Source: Laetmonice hystrix (lineage: Eukaryota). From it: a stretch of DNA of 60,000 nt. Numbering within the stretch: the first letter of the stretch is position 1; each line of letters opens with the position of its first letter. Positions 26,896 through 38,770 of this stretch are shown here, one piece after another. Below the pieces are notes generated by a model. That model was given only the letters and a program-made list of their open reading frames with translations, was not told where the DNA came from and did not search any database. The DNA is taken from contig OZ249436.1 of NCBI GenBank assembly GCA_965235115.1, positions 40,426,001 through 40,486,000 on the forward strand. The letters run 5' to 3'. Both the position numbers and the translations under genes were made by a program.

Positions 26896-28387
26896 GTGAG
26901 TCGACCACTGACAGCTGCTTAATAACGATTTATCGACTCGTCCTCCCTCATTGACTGATATATGACTAAAGGAAACCGTTACTAACGATGGCCCTCACTA
27001 AGACAACCTCCTCGTTAAAATGGCAAATGGCATGCTAAAAGAGGCACAACATTGATCAAATTCTCATTGTTATGGTGTGACGGTTAGCGGGTTGATGAAC
27101 GAGGGATAGGGGGCTTGAAGTAGGACGATCTCTCTCCGGTACCTGGTTATGGCCTGACAAGTTGATCGAAGACAGTTCACACAATACCCATCCCCTGGTA
27201 GGTGCAAGCGATGCCTTCACTTCTGTCACTGTGGTTATTTGACACAGGAATGGACCCTATATCTGATGGACTGGACATAATCTTCACTTTCCACCGTTCA
27301 TCATTCTTATGTTATCACATAAAAATACTATTGTATCTTTACGGTTCTATTGTTATAATTGCCATTGTCAGCAAAATCGCCTTGTTTGTAAGGACTTTCA
27401 CCTAAAGAGAGCGAAGCTGCTGTCATTGTACTGCAAAGAAAGAGGCGGATTCATTGTTCTGTATTTAGATGCCGTTCAGTGATCTGTTGTGGTTTATTGT
27501 CCCGGTCTGCCTCCTGTGCCAGTCAGAAGGCCATACGTCTTTTCTTGGTACTGACGTGATGCTAAATTTCTGCCGGTGGGGCCTGCGTATTGGTATTCTT
27601 TAAAAATCCTCGGTTCCCATAGCGAAGGCAGTATTATAAACCTTGTTCTAGGTAGGCCTAGAGTTGTCGTATTAGTAGTATAGCAAAATGGGGGTTTGTA
27701 TCAGGTAATACGTGTTTGACACTGTGACGTCATTGTCAATCCTGACTTTCTTTGCATAGGAAATATAATAATTTTCCTTCTGTTTCACCCGCACTATTCT
27801 GTACGGTCACTGGGTGCAGGATATTTGAGGTTACCCTGTTTTCAGTACATGAAATACTCCCATGAACTCATGGAATATTCAGTATCTGTGTATTCCAAAT
27901 GTGCTGAGGGGTATATGAAGTCATGTACAAACATGATCGACCTACAATAAAAACTCAAGATACAAGCGGCCAGTAAAATAACACTGATCACTGTGCTACA
28001 GTACTTGTGGGAGGATGTCTTTCGCAATAAACAACGCCAGGCACTCCGACCGAAGGTGACAGGACCAAAGGTCTATTTGTTGTGCGGCACAGTGAACTAT
28101 GGATTATAATGGCCGGGGGGACAGCAGAAGCGTTAGCCGACGGATTACCCGCCAACTGGGCAGTGGGCCGTAGTCTGCATTGATACCTCTAAATATAGCA
28201 GCGGGAGAGAGAGATAATGCTGACAGGGTCATGCTCCCCGGTTTGTTCTATATTCAAAGGGTGGTCCTGTTTGATCTCCAGATTGAAGCACGGCCGGGGA
28301 TGACACAAGTTCACAGTGCTCGGCTGTAAACACTTTTATTTTCGGTTAAGCAGGCAGAATGTAAAGGTCGCGCAGTGGTACGTGTTA

Positions 28388-28633
28388 AGGCCTGTACCCA
28401 CTAGCGCGTTTTACCGCTGCGGGCCACGCTGAGCGACAAAACGTGCTGGTGGGTTCAGGCCTTTAGCTGTTATTGTTGTATTCATCGTGATAAAATTCGG
28501 ACTCCCACGTAATTCGGAAATGTCCACATCTCTCCTGAAGGCGGTGGTGCTTGCCGTAAGGCCTGAACCCACTAGCGCGTTTTGTCGCTCAGCGTGGACC
28601 GCAGCGGTAAAACGCGCTAGTGGGTACAGGCCT
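28388..28633. mobile_element. Two inverted copies of a 75-bp hairpin MITE (Harbinger-like)
   Basis: 28388-28462 (AGGCCTGTACCCACTAGCGCGTTTT...AAAACGTGCTGGTGGGTTCAGGCCT) is flanked by TTA on both sides. A near-identical reverse-complement copy lies at 28559-28633. Confidence 0.75.
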
Positions 28634-28840
28634 TCAGGGTGTCCGTGGTTCGTTAACAGCACGTCGTGTACCAACGGTTGGATGGTTCAGGGGGAAGGGT
28701 AGTTTTAAGTTGGTATGTTGAGGAAAGGTACTGTCAAATTTGTTTTTGTCTATTACCCCACAATGTTTGGAGAACGACAGGGGTAGGCATGCCCACACCC
28801 CCACCTGTTCACCGGCCGGGTTTTAAGTATGGGACCGGAG

Positions 28841-29850
28841 AGGGTGAGGCTGGGCGCCGGGAGGGTGAGGCTGGGCGCCGGGAGGGTGAGGCTGGGCGCC
28901 GGGAGGTTAAGGCTGGGCGCCGGGAGGGTGAGGCTGGGCGCCAGGAGGGTGAGGCTGGACGCCGGGAGGGTGAGACTGGACGCCGGGAGGGTGAGGCTGG
29001 GCGCCGGGAGGGTGAGGCTGGATGCCGGGAGGGTGAGGCTGGGCGCGGGAGGGTGAGGCTGGGCGCCGGGAGGGTGAGGCTGGGCGCCGGGAGGGTGAGG
29101 CTGGGCGCCGGGAGGGTGAGGCTGGACGCCGGGAGGGTGAGGCTGGGCGCCGGGAGGGTGAGGCTGGGCGCCGGGAGGGTGAGGCTGGACGCCGGGAGGG
29201 TGAGGCTGGGCGCCGGGAGGGTGAGGCTGGACGCTGGGAGGGTGAGACTGGACGCCGGGAGGGTGAGGCTGGGCGCCGGGAGGGTGAGGCTGGGCGCCGG
29301 GAGGGTGAGGCTGGGCGCTGGGAGGGTGAGGCTGGGCGCCGGGAGGTTAAGGCTGGGCGCCGGGAGGGTGAGGCTGGGCGCCAGGAGGGTGAGGCTGGAC
29401 GCCGGGAGGGTGAGGCTGGACGCCGGGAGGGTGAGGCTGGGCGCCAGGAGGGTGAGGCTGGGCGCCGGGAGGGTGAGGCTGGGCGCCGGGAGGGTGAGGC
29501 TGGGCGCCGGGAGGTTGAGGCTGGGCGCCGGGAGGGTGAGGTTGGGCGCCGGGAGGGTGAGGCTGGGCGCCGGGAGGGTGAGGCTGGGCGCCGGGAGGGT
29601 GAGGCTGGGTGCCGGGAGGGTGAGGCTGGACGCCGGGAGGGTGAGGCTGGGCGCCGGGAGGGTGAGGCTGGGCGCCGGGAGGGTGAGGCTGGGTGCCGGG
29701 AGGGTGAGGCTGGGCGCCGGGATGGTGAGGCTGGGTGCCGGGAGGGTGAGGCTGGGCGCCGGGAGGGTGAGGCTGGGTGCCGGGAGGGTGAGGGTGGGCG
29801 CCGGGAGGGTGAGGCTGGGTGCCGGGAGGGTAAGGCTGGGTGCCGGGAGG
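28841..29850. repeat. 21-bp GC-rich minisatellite, about 48 copies
   Basis: Unit GGGAGGGTGAGGCTGGGCGCC. It lies in the last intron of the plus-strand gene. Confidence 0.97.
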
Positions 29851-30469
29851 GCGCGGGGTGCCGGGCGCCCGTGTGATGGAAACCGACGACGGGAAATGAG
29901 GCCACTTGTCGCTATTGTTGATGCAGGCCTAGACTGATGTAGCAGCTTGTATCCGACGATTGGTGGGGTGGAAGCAGGTTACATTGATTTCATCATCAAT
30001 ATTTGATAGGAAGGCGGTCCATCATGTGTTGCCTCGGTTCCTGACTGGTTTCCTCATCGGCACCGTGTGTGCCTGGAGATGGGGTATGAGGGGGTGCAAC
30101 CCCTCGCCCCCCAACTCCAACCGTGCCTGAAATACCAAACTATATGGTAAAGGCGTTGACTTGAGGGAAGGCTAAACGGTTCAAGAAAGAATTAAAATTT
30201 TATTGTGTTATTGAGAGGAGTTGCCATGAGGGAATCCGAGAGTAGTCATTTTAACTCCAATCCCTTGCCTGACACAAACTACAGTTTCGATATTTTCATT
30301 CCAAATATTATTATATGTAGTATGCACACACAATTCCAGTAAAGGCTTTCATAATGGCTGATAAAGATATTGCTTTGACCTGGGGATATGTAAGTGGGAC
30401 AACTGAAACAACCTGTGGCTGGTGGGAGCACAAATTGTTAATCTGTGAAACCTGTGTTTTATGTTTCAG

Positions 30470-30523
30470 GGCAGCATCAGTGAGCCGGGACTAGGCCTTC
30501 TGTCCTGGTGGAATAACACGTAA
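30470..30523 (+). CDS. Terminal coding exon of the unidentified gene
   Basis: Acceptor TGTTTTATGTTTCAG|, phase 0 matching the previous exon, reads GSISEPGLGLLSWWNNT* and is followed by an AT-rich tail with AATAAA signals. Confidence 0.65.
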   Translation, partial: GSISEPGLGLLSWWNNT

Positions 30524-30548
30524 AACAATAGTAGATGTATATTTATTG

Positions 30549-30579
30549 AATAAACACATGTTATTTGTATAGAAATAAA
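30549..30579 (+). terminator. Polyadenylation signals of the plus-strand gene
   Basis: AATAAA at 30549-30554 and 30574-30579 just after the TAA stop, followed by T/GT-rich sequence. Confidence 0.55.
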
Positions 30580-32174
30580 GCACTGAGGCTTTGTTTAATA
30601 TTTACTCTGTAAATGTTTACTCAACGTTGTTCATAGCTACGCTCTAAAGGTTCTATAACTTTTAGGTTTTACAATTTAATTGTGTTTATAGTACCACAAG
30701 TGCTGATCGAAATGACACAACGGCCCCCAAAGACCCTCAACCCCCGCCCCCTGATAACCCTGTATCGCTAATAAAAGACCAGCGGTCGGGCCATCATGTC
30801 AGTGTATGGATGTTAATATGAGTAATATACCCTGACCCAACAGGCCAGTGTCCTGTGACGGCCAGTCGGGGCATGTTTGGTTTAAGGGATGGTGCCGTGT
30901 GTGAAGTGGACGGTGGTTGTCATGAACTTCCTCCTCTGGGCGTGCCTCCAATTGTTGTACCGAACGTCCATATACCCAGGCGCCGCCAGCCTTTCCCGCG
31001 GCACCAGTTTCAGGCGTGGCGCGGTCCAGTCCGGGAAAGGCACGTATCTGCTTTCAGACAGGGGGAGATAAGCTTCCCAGTGGGAAATTACTGCATGGCG
31101 GCGGGAATGTCCGCAGGGGGCCGCAGGGGTGGCCTGGTGGAGACTGTATGGCAAATATAGGCGCCCAAGGTATACTGCTTGAGCAAAGTTCTTATCTTTG
31201 AAGCATTATACAACCCAAACTCTTCTTTTCTTCTTATTGTCTTTTTTTCTATGGGAAATCGATCTTTCACCTCCTCAGTTAGAAGTACAAGTCTAGAGTT
31301 GCTAGTATTTGAGGGGTGTATTTGAGTTGCTAGTATTTGAGGGGTGCTAGTCTATTATAGATAAGCAGTGGTATACCCGTTGAAACGACAGTCGCGGCAG
31401 GGCGGTCATTGGTACTCTATAGGAGGACGCACTGCATGTGTCCTGGTGACTTGATTTGAATTGTATTGCAAATACTTTCCTAAGATAGACTAAACAATAA
31501 TATCTCACGTTATGGTAATTCTAAATGTTTCCAATTAATTTCTGTTTTGGGTCAGCACAACCATACCCTTGTCTCCAAGTGGCGTTTTATTGATTCCTAC
31601 TTATAATACGCCTACTTCCGATTACACGAATCAGAAACTTTCAGGTCTTTTCAAATATGTAAAAGTATTGACTCAAAATTACCATTGTATTTGTCCGCAC
31701 ATTTCGACATAATACAGTATGAAAATTACGTTATCAAGACAAACCGTGCTTTCACCCCCACCCGCCCGAGTCGTGGAGGTGCGTGTGTCCATCGGCGTGC
31801 TCCAGTAGGCCTTCCTTTAATCCACAAATCGATACAAGTTAGCGGAGGCCGACTTTGGCGTACATTCATTGATTCTAGGCAGACATAACGTCCTGGGGGA
31901 TTGGACCGCCGTACTTGACCGACACATGAAGACAACACACAGCTCACATACCCATAAACTCCGGGTGAGTATAGAAATCCTGTACGGAAATCCTGACTGG
32001 TCCTACACCCCGACTGTCCACTATGTCACATATTTCGTGTCCGGACGTCAGGGCTGCCGATAATTCAAGACTACGATCCACATGGCCCGGTCACGTCCGA
32101 TTTTGTAAACCATCCGATTTTCGCAATAAAAGTACTGATCCAAAAATCGAACGCTTTTAGAAAGCTGACATAAT

Positions 32175-32760
32175 ACGGGACTTTCTTATAGTATTTCGCT
32201 AGTTTGTTTTCCATGGTATATGGGCCTTCCTTATAGTAGTTTATGTAGCTCGTTTATTTTCCATGGTTTCCGGGCCTTTCTTACAGTATTAGGAAGTTTA
32301 TTTTCCATGGTATACGGGCCTTTCTTACAGTATTAGCTAGTTAATTTTCCATGGTATACGGGCCTTTATGGTAGTATTGGGAAGTTTGTTTTCCATGGTA
32401 TACGGGCCTTTCTTACAGTATGAAGCTAGTTAATTTTCCATGGTATACGGGCCTTTATGATAGTATTAAGCTAGTTAATTTTCCATGGTATACGGGCCTT
32501 TATGGTGGTATAAGAAAGTTTTCTTTCTCCATGGTATAGGGGCCTTTATGGTAATATTAAGAAGTTTGTTTCCATGGTATACGGGCCTTTATGGTAATAT
32601 TAAGAAGTTTGTTTCCATGGTATACGGGCCTTTATGGTAGTATTGGGAAGTTTGTTTCCATGGTATACGGGCCTTTATGATAATATTAAGAAGTTTGTTT
32701 CCATGGTATACGGGCCTTTATGGTGGTATAAGCAAGTTTTTTTCCATGGTATAGGGGCCT
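32175..32760. repeat. ~43-bp diverged minisatellite, about 13 copies
   Basis: Conserved core TTTCCATGGTATACGGGCCTTT with a variable remainder (ATGGTAATATTAAGAAGTTTG-like). Confidence 0.92.
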
Positions 32761-34411
32761 GTTCAAAACTCGACGGCAACTCGAGATGAATTGAGCCAAG
32801 TGATTAACGTTTTTCGTTTTCTAAATTGTGCACCAAGATTTTAAATGTTTTGTAAGTCATGCGTCTTTTCCTCGTTTCTTCTTTCTCGCCACTAGTATCT
32901 TGAAAAATAAAAGTTATTAGAGTACTGTAAAATCGAAAACATTATGATGTTCACTAATTTACTTATTATTTATTGTATTATTTATTTATTTATATTATGA
33001 ATGGAGCGGTGCTAAAAGACTAAATTTCTTCAGTTCCATATAATACCAACATACCCGACATACAACCTCAGAGAAGGTCCTGGGTAGAAATATTGGGTAG
33101 AGTATCCAGAAAACGATGAACCTAGCCGAGCTACTCGATCTCTGCAACTATACGGTGATATCTGTGGCCAGACGCTGTCACGCCATTATTCACTGGCAAT
33201 GAAATGGCGTCCGTTCGTGCAACGTTCGACCTGGTCCATCACGGAAGTCCCAGTCTGCTAGAATCACCGATTCCAAGTAACCTCATCAGGTCCGAATAGC
33301 AGCATAATAGTATTGTTGCCTTCAGTTAGTTTTCATTGAATGCTCTAGAGAGAGACATGTGAAGCCAGTGGCTTTGGTTTGGCCTTGGTTTGCTATGTTT
33401 GGCCATGACCGTTTCCTCATTGCTAACACGACGTATGTCTGTATGATTTGGTAGAGAGGATTTAGTCAGATCGATTAGAGGCGGGATAGTTGGGCCGCAA
33501 TCCAGCTTACATCATAAAGATGGCATGCTTCATCCACGGAAACTATTATCCTATATTCTGTGCGCTAGAATCAGGCTGAGGAATCTGGTGGATAAGGCCG
33601 AGGGCCTAGATGGGGTTCGAACAGATTCAGGTCATGGAACATCGCCAAGCTGGATGAAGGCAATTCCACAGTTGGCTAAAAGAGTATCGAAGGGGTTGCA
33701 TGTTAAAGAGACACATGTAACTATTGCCATCGACCCAAGCAGAAATACGCCAACATGTTCAATCATAGCCATTAGGTTTATGGTTACAACGCCATAATTA
33801 CATTTTCTAAGAATGCCCCCAACTTCAGAAAAATACATGCCTACCTTGCTTATCGAGTCTTTCCAATTAGGCCCGAGTCGGTAAATCTTTACCAATATAA
33901 CCGGTGCCAACCTCAGATTTGCGGCCATTGCTATACCCCACCACATGAGATAGTAAACCTCATGGCTACGCTTGAGACAGTGCTTGTTTCGATCGTTTAA
34001 TCAGTATAATATTGCATGATCCTCCAAGGATAGTTATTCGTGGGAACTAGTAATCGTTTCCTGATTTATCCAATATAGCGGTGTCCAGAGTACATCAGTA
34101 CAAATGTGATAAAGGGACCTAAGCGCTGTTTGTAGCTAACAGGTCCAAGCGATAGCAGCTATCATCTGCTGCTCGAAGGCCGTGGGTCTAACTAGTCCAG
34201 TCACATTAACCCTCCACATCCCTGGACCTCTACCTAGGTCCTGGGGAAGCGGAAAGCCACCATCCACGCGGCCAGGCCCAAGTATTGACGTCGGAGGCCC
34301 AAACCAATGTCATTATTCAAGGCTAATGAAATTGAGCTTTGTGAAGTCCCTTGGCAATTCGATGGTCTGAATGTTGTCCGTGGCCCTCGTTCCGTTCCGA
34401 CTATACGCCCT

Positions 34412-34791
34412 TTGTGGACGAATAGTCAAGAAGCTCACAATCATTGTGGACGAATGGTCAAGAAGCTCACAATCATTGTGGACGAATCGTCAAGAAGCCC
34501 GCAGTCATTGTGGACGAAACGTCAAGAAGCCCGCAGTCATTGTGGACGAATCGTCAAGAAGCCCACAGTCATTGTGGACGAATCGTCAAGAAGCCCGCAG
34601 TCATTGTGGACGAAACGTCAAGAAGCCCACAGCCATTGTGGACGAATCGTCAAACAAACAGACAATCATTGTGGACGAACCGTCAAAAACACACACAATC
34701 ATTGTGTACCGTCAAGAAGCCCACAATCATTGTGTACCGTCAAGAAGCCCACAATCATTGTGGACCGTCAAGAAGCCCACAATCATTGTGG
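34412..34791. repeat. ~32-bp minisatellite, about 12 copies
   Basis: Unit TTGTGGACGAATCGTCAAGAAGCCC(A/G)CAGTCA, shortening toward the 3' end. Confidence 0.93.
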
Positions 34792-34999
34792 TAGACTGGA
34801 GGTTCCTTCCCCTGAGAATGTAGCGACTGAAACCCATTTCTTGCTCTCTACGCCACACTTTAGCGCAGTCCTCGCCGCATTGTACAGTGATTCGATCGAT
34901 GTTCTCTCTATTTTCAAGCGCACATGCAATTTCCCCCTAGCGATGGAACGATTGCCATAAAAGTCGGCTTTATCTGTTTACGTTACGTATAGGTCGAGT

Positions 35000-35322
35000 T
35001 AGATTTGTTCATCCAGGTCTGGGTCCCCCCTTTCCTATACTAGATTTGTTCATCCAGGTCTGGGTCACCCCTTTCCTATACTAGATTTGTTCATCCAGGT
35101 CTGGGTCCCCCCTTTCCTATACTAGATTTGTTCATCCAGATCTGGGTCACCCCTTTCCTATACTAGATTTGTTCATCCAGGTCTGGGTCACCCCTTTCCT
35201 ATACTAAGGAAAATATACATATTCAAGGTTGTTCAAGGAGTTAAAGGTATCATGACAACCTGGTTGAGCGTTCCGGGAAGCCAGTTCGGCCAGGTTTCAC
35301 GCTTACCTCGTCAAAATCTATG
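35000..35322. repeat. Duplicated block A, copy 1 (5 x 41-bp unit plus ~115-bp tail)
   Basis: Unit TAGATTTGTTCATCCAGGTCTGGGTCACCCCTTTCCTATAC, then AAGGAAAATATACATATTCAAGG...TCAAAATCTATG. The block is repeated at 37961-38244. Confidence 0.93.
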
Positions 35323-35696
35323 ACTGACAAGTACCCGAACGGGTGCGAACCACCTTGGTGGCAGATGTACTAACGGTGTCTGGGATTACTCGGTAAATGT
35401 GCCATACTGTATACGAGTGTGATTGTTCTGCTGAATACGGTAGGCAAAAAAAAGAGTTGTACCATGCTTGGATATTTTTATCAGGGTGGCAGGGGGGACG
35501 TCCCCCCCCCCTTGAATTTTGACAACCCCAAAATGTCCAGAATTTTGGATCTAAATCTCCATACCTGAGCCACGTGCTCTAAAGAAAGGTCCACAATTTT
35601 GGATGTTTTGTGGAATATCATGGACCTCTGAGCCATGCGCCATATAGAGAAAGGTCCACAACTTTGGATCTTTTGTAAAATATCTGGACCTCTGAC

Positions 35697-37886
35697 TAGA
35701 TGTGGCCATCCTTCTAACGCTACCCGTGGAGAAGGATGTGCACATCGCCATAGGAAAACCCCCAAATGTCGCGTACCTATCGATTTCAATGCGGATTGCA
35801 AACTGATGTTTCCCTTCTTACTTATAATAAAGTGTCCCTATTAATCCGCAATACTTCCGCTAAAATCCCGTGCAATACACAGTCGATTTGATGGGTGATT
35901 GTCACTGTATGGCCTATTGTTGTACATCGATGCCATCCCTCAGAAACAACGCGCGTCCAATTTAAAAATACAAACGCTATGGTGCGCATGCGCGAACCGG
36001 AACCGGTTCCCTCTGCACATGCGCGCCACAACACAATATAATGGCGACTAGCTGAAATATGTTTGGAAGTGGCCGCATCGTTTACAAAAGAGGCCGTAAT
36101 ATATTACAGAAGATGCGACTCCTCTCAAAAAAGTGCGAAGACCTTCAACAGCTGTTACGGCAACTAGGCATGCGTTTAGATTTATAGGAATGTATGCAGT
36201 TCCTTCAGTAGACGTGTTTTTTATTAGCCCCCACAACGGGGGGCTTATAATTCGACCTCCGTCCGTCCGTACGTACGTCCGTACGTCCGTCCGTCCGTAC
36301 GTCCGTCCGTATGTCCGTAGACAGCGATTTCTCAGAAGTGTATGGGTCGATTTCTTTGAAACTTCACACTAGGATCAGGGATGAACTGAGGATGATGCAC
36401 GTCAAACAGATTTTTGATATCATTCAAAATGGCCGCTTGGCGGCCATCTTGGATGTAAATACATTTTGAGCAATAACTCAGCTAAAACAATCACGATTTC
36501 TTTCAAACATGGTGCAGGGATGAGGCATAATGAGGGCCAATATGCATCACAATAAAATTTCAATTCAGATCCAAAATGGCGACATGGCGGCCATATTTGT
36601 TTCTTGACCCCCACAATGACACTGTTTTGGCTTATATCTCGAAAACGGTGCAAGATGACGCAATAGTTACCATTATTGATATATAGGAAGTCATATATGA
36701 CGTTCCATTTGGCGCCATTTTCGATGACCTTGAGCGACCTTGAAAGGTCACTCAAGGTAATGCATATTTTCAATAGCCTGGATCTTCAAAACAGTTAAAG
36801 ATAACGACATAATCTTGGAAGAAACATTACATAATGATCCGGGACAGTCCACGGATGAGGCAGGTCAAAGATATTTTTGACATCAGTCAAAATGGCCGCG
36901 TGGTGGCCATCTTGGATGTAAACACATTTGGAGTAATAACTCAGACAAAACGATCCCGATTTCTTTCAAATTTGGTGGAAAGAAGGTGTATATGAGGGGC
37001 AATGTATATGCCAATGTATTGCCAGATCAGAGCAAATATGGCGACATGGCGGCCATATTAAATTTACCCCCCCCCATAACAATGTTTTGGCTCATATCTC
37101 GAAAACGGTGCAAGATAAGGCAATAGTTATTATTATTGACAGATAGGAAGTCATATATGACGTTTCATTTGGCGCCATTTTCGATGACCTTGAGCGACCT
37201 TGAAAGGTCAATCAAGGTCATGCATATTTTAATGGCCTGTACCTCCAAACCAGTTGAAAATAACAACATCTAATCTTGCATGAAACATTACATAATAACC
37301 AGGGACAGTCTAAGGAGGACACAGGTCAAATATATCATTAAAAATGGCTGCTTGGTGGCCATCTTGGATTTAAAGAAATTCGAAGCAATAACTCTGACAT
37401 TTTCTGGATTTCGTTCTTGCTGACAGAATGCATGAGGGGCAACAAGCGTGCCAAAAGTACGCATAGTTCCTGGACCCACAGATAATTTGTCCCTACTCAG
37501 TTGGTTCACGCCAGATAACGCTATCAAACTGTACATAACTGACCTCTAAAGGTCAATCGAGGTCAAGCATATCTACAAAACACTTCACGTCGGATAACAC
37601 TATCAAACTGTACATAACTGCATAGTTATTGCAGACACATGCATCTTTACGCTGGATAACGCTATCAAGCTGTACATAACTGCATAGAACTTTACTAAGT
37701 TTACGAAGTTTCATTTGACAATATTTCCTTTGCCCTTCAAAGATCAATTGAAGTCGTGCATCGTTTTTTCAAGAATCCATAGTTCGTGGTGGGGGCTATA
37801 AGCTTCACAAGCTTGTTTATTTCAATGACGATGATGTCGACCCTCGAACGTAGTGTAACGCAGTGAGTGGGTCGATATATTGGCTA
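35697..37886. mobile_element. Non-autonomous TAG...CTA element with 10-bp TSD (AcademH-like)
   Basis: TSD GACCTCTGAC at 35687-35696 and 37887-37896. A paralogous empty site with a single GACCTCTGAC lies at 41408-41417. Termini are TAG and CTA, each end has a subterminal hairpin, and there is no conventional TIR. Confidence 0.8.
36221..37817 (+). mobile_element. DINE-1/Helentron-associated (HINE-like) non-autonomous element
   Basis: T-run, then 5' subTIR TAGCCCCCACAAC with an adjacent short inverted GGGGGGCT. (CCGT/ACGT)n microsatellite at 36259-36318. About 2.2 internal ~460-bp tandem units. 3' subTIR GTGGTGGGGGCTA followed by hairpin ATAAGCTT-CAC-AAGCTTGT and TT. Confidence 0.8.
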
Positions 37887-37960
37887 GACCTCTGACCCAT
37901 TGGCTTACAAAATAGGTCCACAATTTCGGATGTTTTGTGAAATATCTGTAGGTCTAAACT

Positions 37961-38244
37961 ACTAGATTTGTTCATCCAGGTCTGGGTCACCCCTTTCCTA
38001 TACTAGATTTGTTCATCCAGGTCTGGGTCACCCCTTTCCTATACTAGATTTGTTCATCCAGGTCTGGGTCACCCCTTTCCTATACTAGATTTGTTCATCC
38101 AGGTCTGGGTCACCCCTTTCCTATACTAAGGAAAATATACATATTCAAGGTTGTTCAAGGAGATAAAGGTATCATGACAACCTGGTTGAGCGTTCCGGGA
38201 AGCCAGTTCGGCCTGGTTTCACGCTTACCTCGTCAAAATCTATG
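37961..38244. repeat. Duplicated block A, copy 2 (4 x 41-bp unit plus tail)
   Basis: Near-identical direct copy of 35000-35322 with one fewer 41-bp unit. Confidence 0.93.
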
Positions 38245-38559
38245 CACCTTCTGTCCCGAGTATTGTAAACAGACAGCAGCGAAATGCACTGACACCTTCA
38301 CATTTTACATTTCTTGTCGAGAACACTCAAAACCAACGCTGCTTTCCGCCATCGGGAATGTCTGACCTGCAGGCACGTTGCAACGGGTGAGATGATCACG
38401 TGATTGCGGCTATAGTCTCGCGTTCTGTGAAAAGGGTGTAAAGTCGCCCGGCCAAAACACTATCGCGTAGGTGGGCTGCAGGTCTAGAAAAAGACGCGCG
38501 TCATTCCAAATTTGCTGGTTTTTAAATATTTTTTTAAAAATAGTCACGAAATCCACATT

Positions 38560-38770
38560 GAGCATAAACTGAAATAAGGGTTTTCCTTTGATATTGGATT
38601 TTTTGACATGCTGTTTTGAATTTGACAATACTCGCATAAGTTATGTCAGATCTTTTAGATATTTTGCAGACTTGTTGATGATACCCTAAGGTTACTGTGT
38701 TTTCAATGAATTCGGTTTACCTATCACTGAGAAAATACTCGCGGTTCACTTTTTCTGGGACACCCGATAT
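38560..38770. mobile_element. Possible Tc1/mariner-type terminal fragment
   Basis: Ends TTTTTCTGGGACACCCGATA, whose reverse complement TATCGGGTGTCCCAGAAAAA resembles Tc1-type TA|CAGGGTGTCCC termini. No partner TIR found. Confidence 0.3.

Noticed and set aside
28666..29937. 423-aa and 332-aa ORFs (GAGRVRL / SRRPASP repeats)
   Set aside because: Translation of a stop-free 21-bp minisatellite, open on both strands, with a 1-bp frameshift near 29047.
32175..32760. Conserved 22-bp core with variable intervening sequence, superficially repeat-spacer
   Set aside because: The intervening segments are clearly homologous to each other, so this is a diverged minisatellite.
34307..34960. 217-, 150- and 116-aa ORFs
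   Set aside because: Products of the 32-bp tandem repeat.
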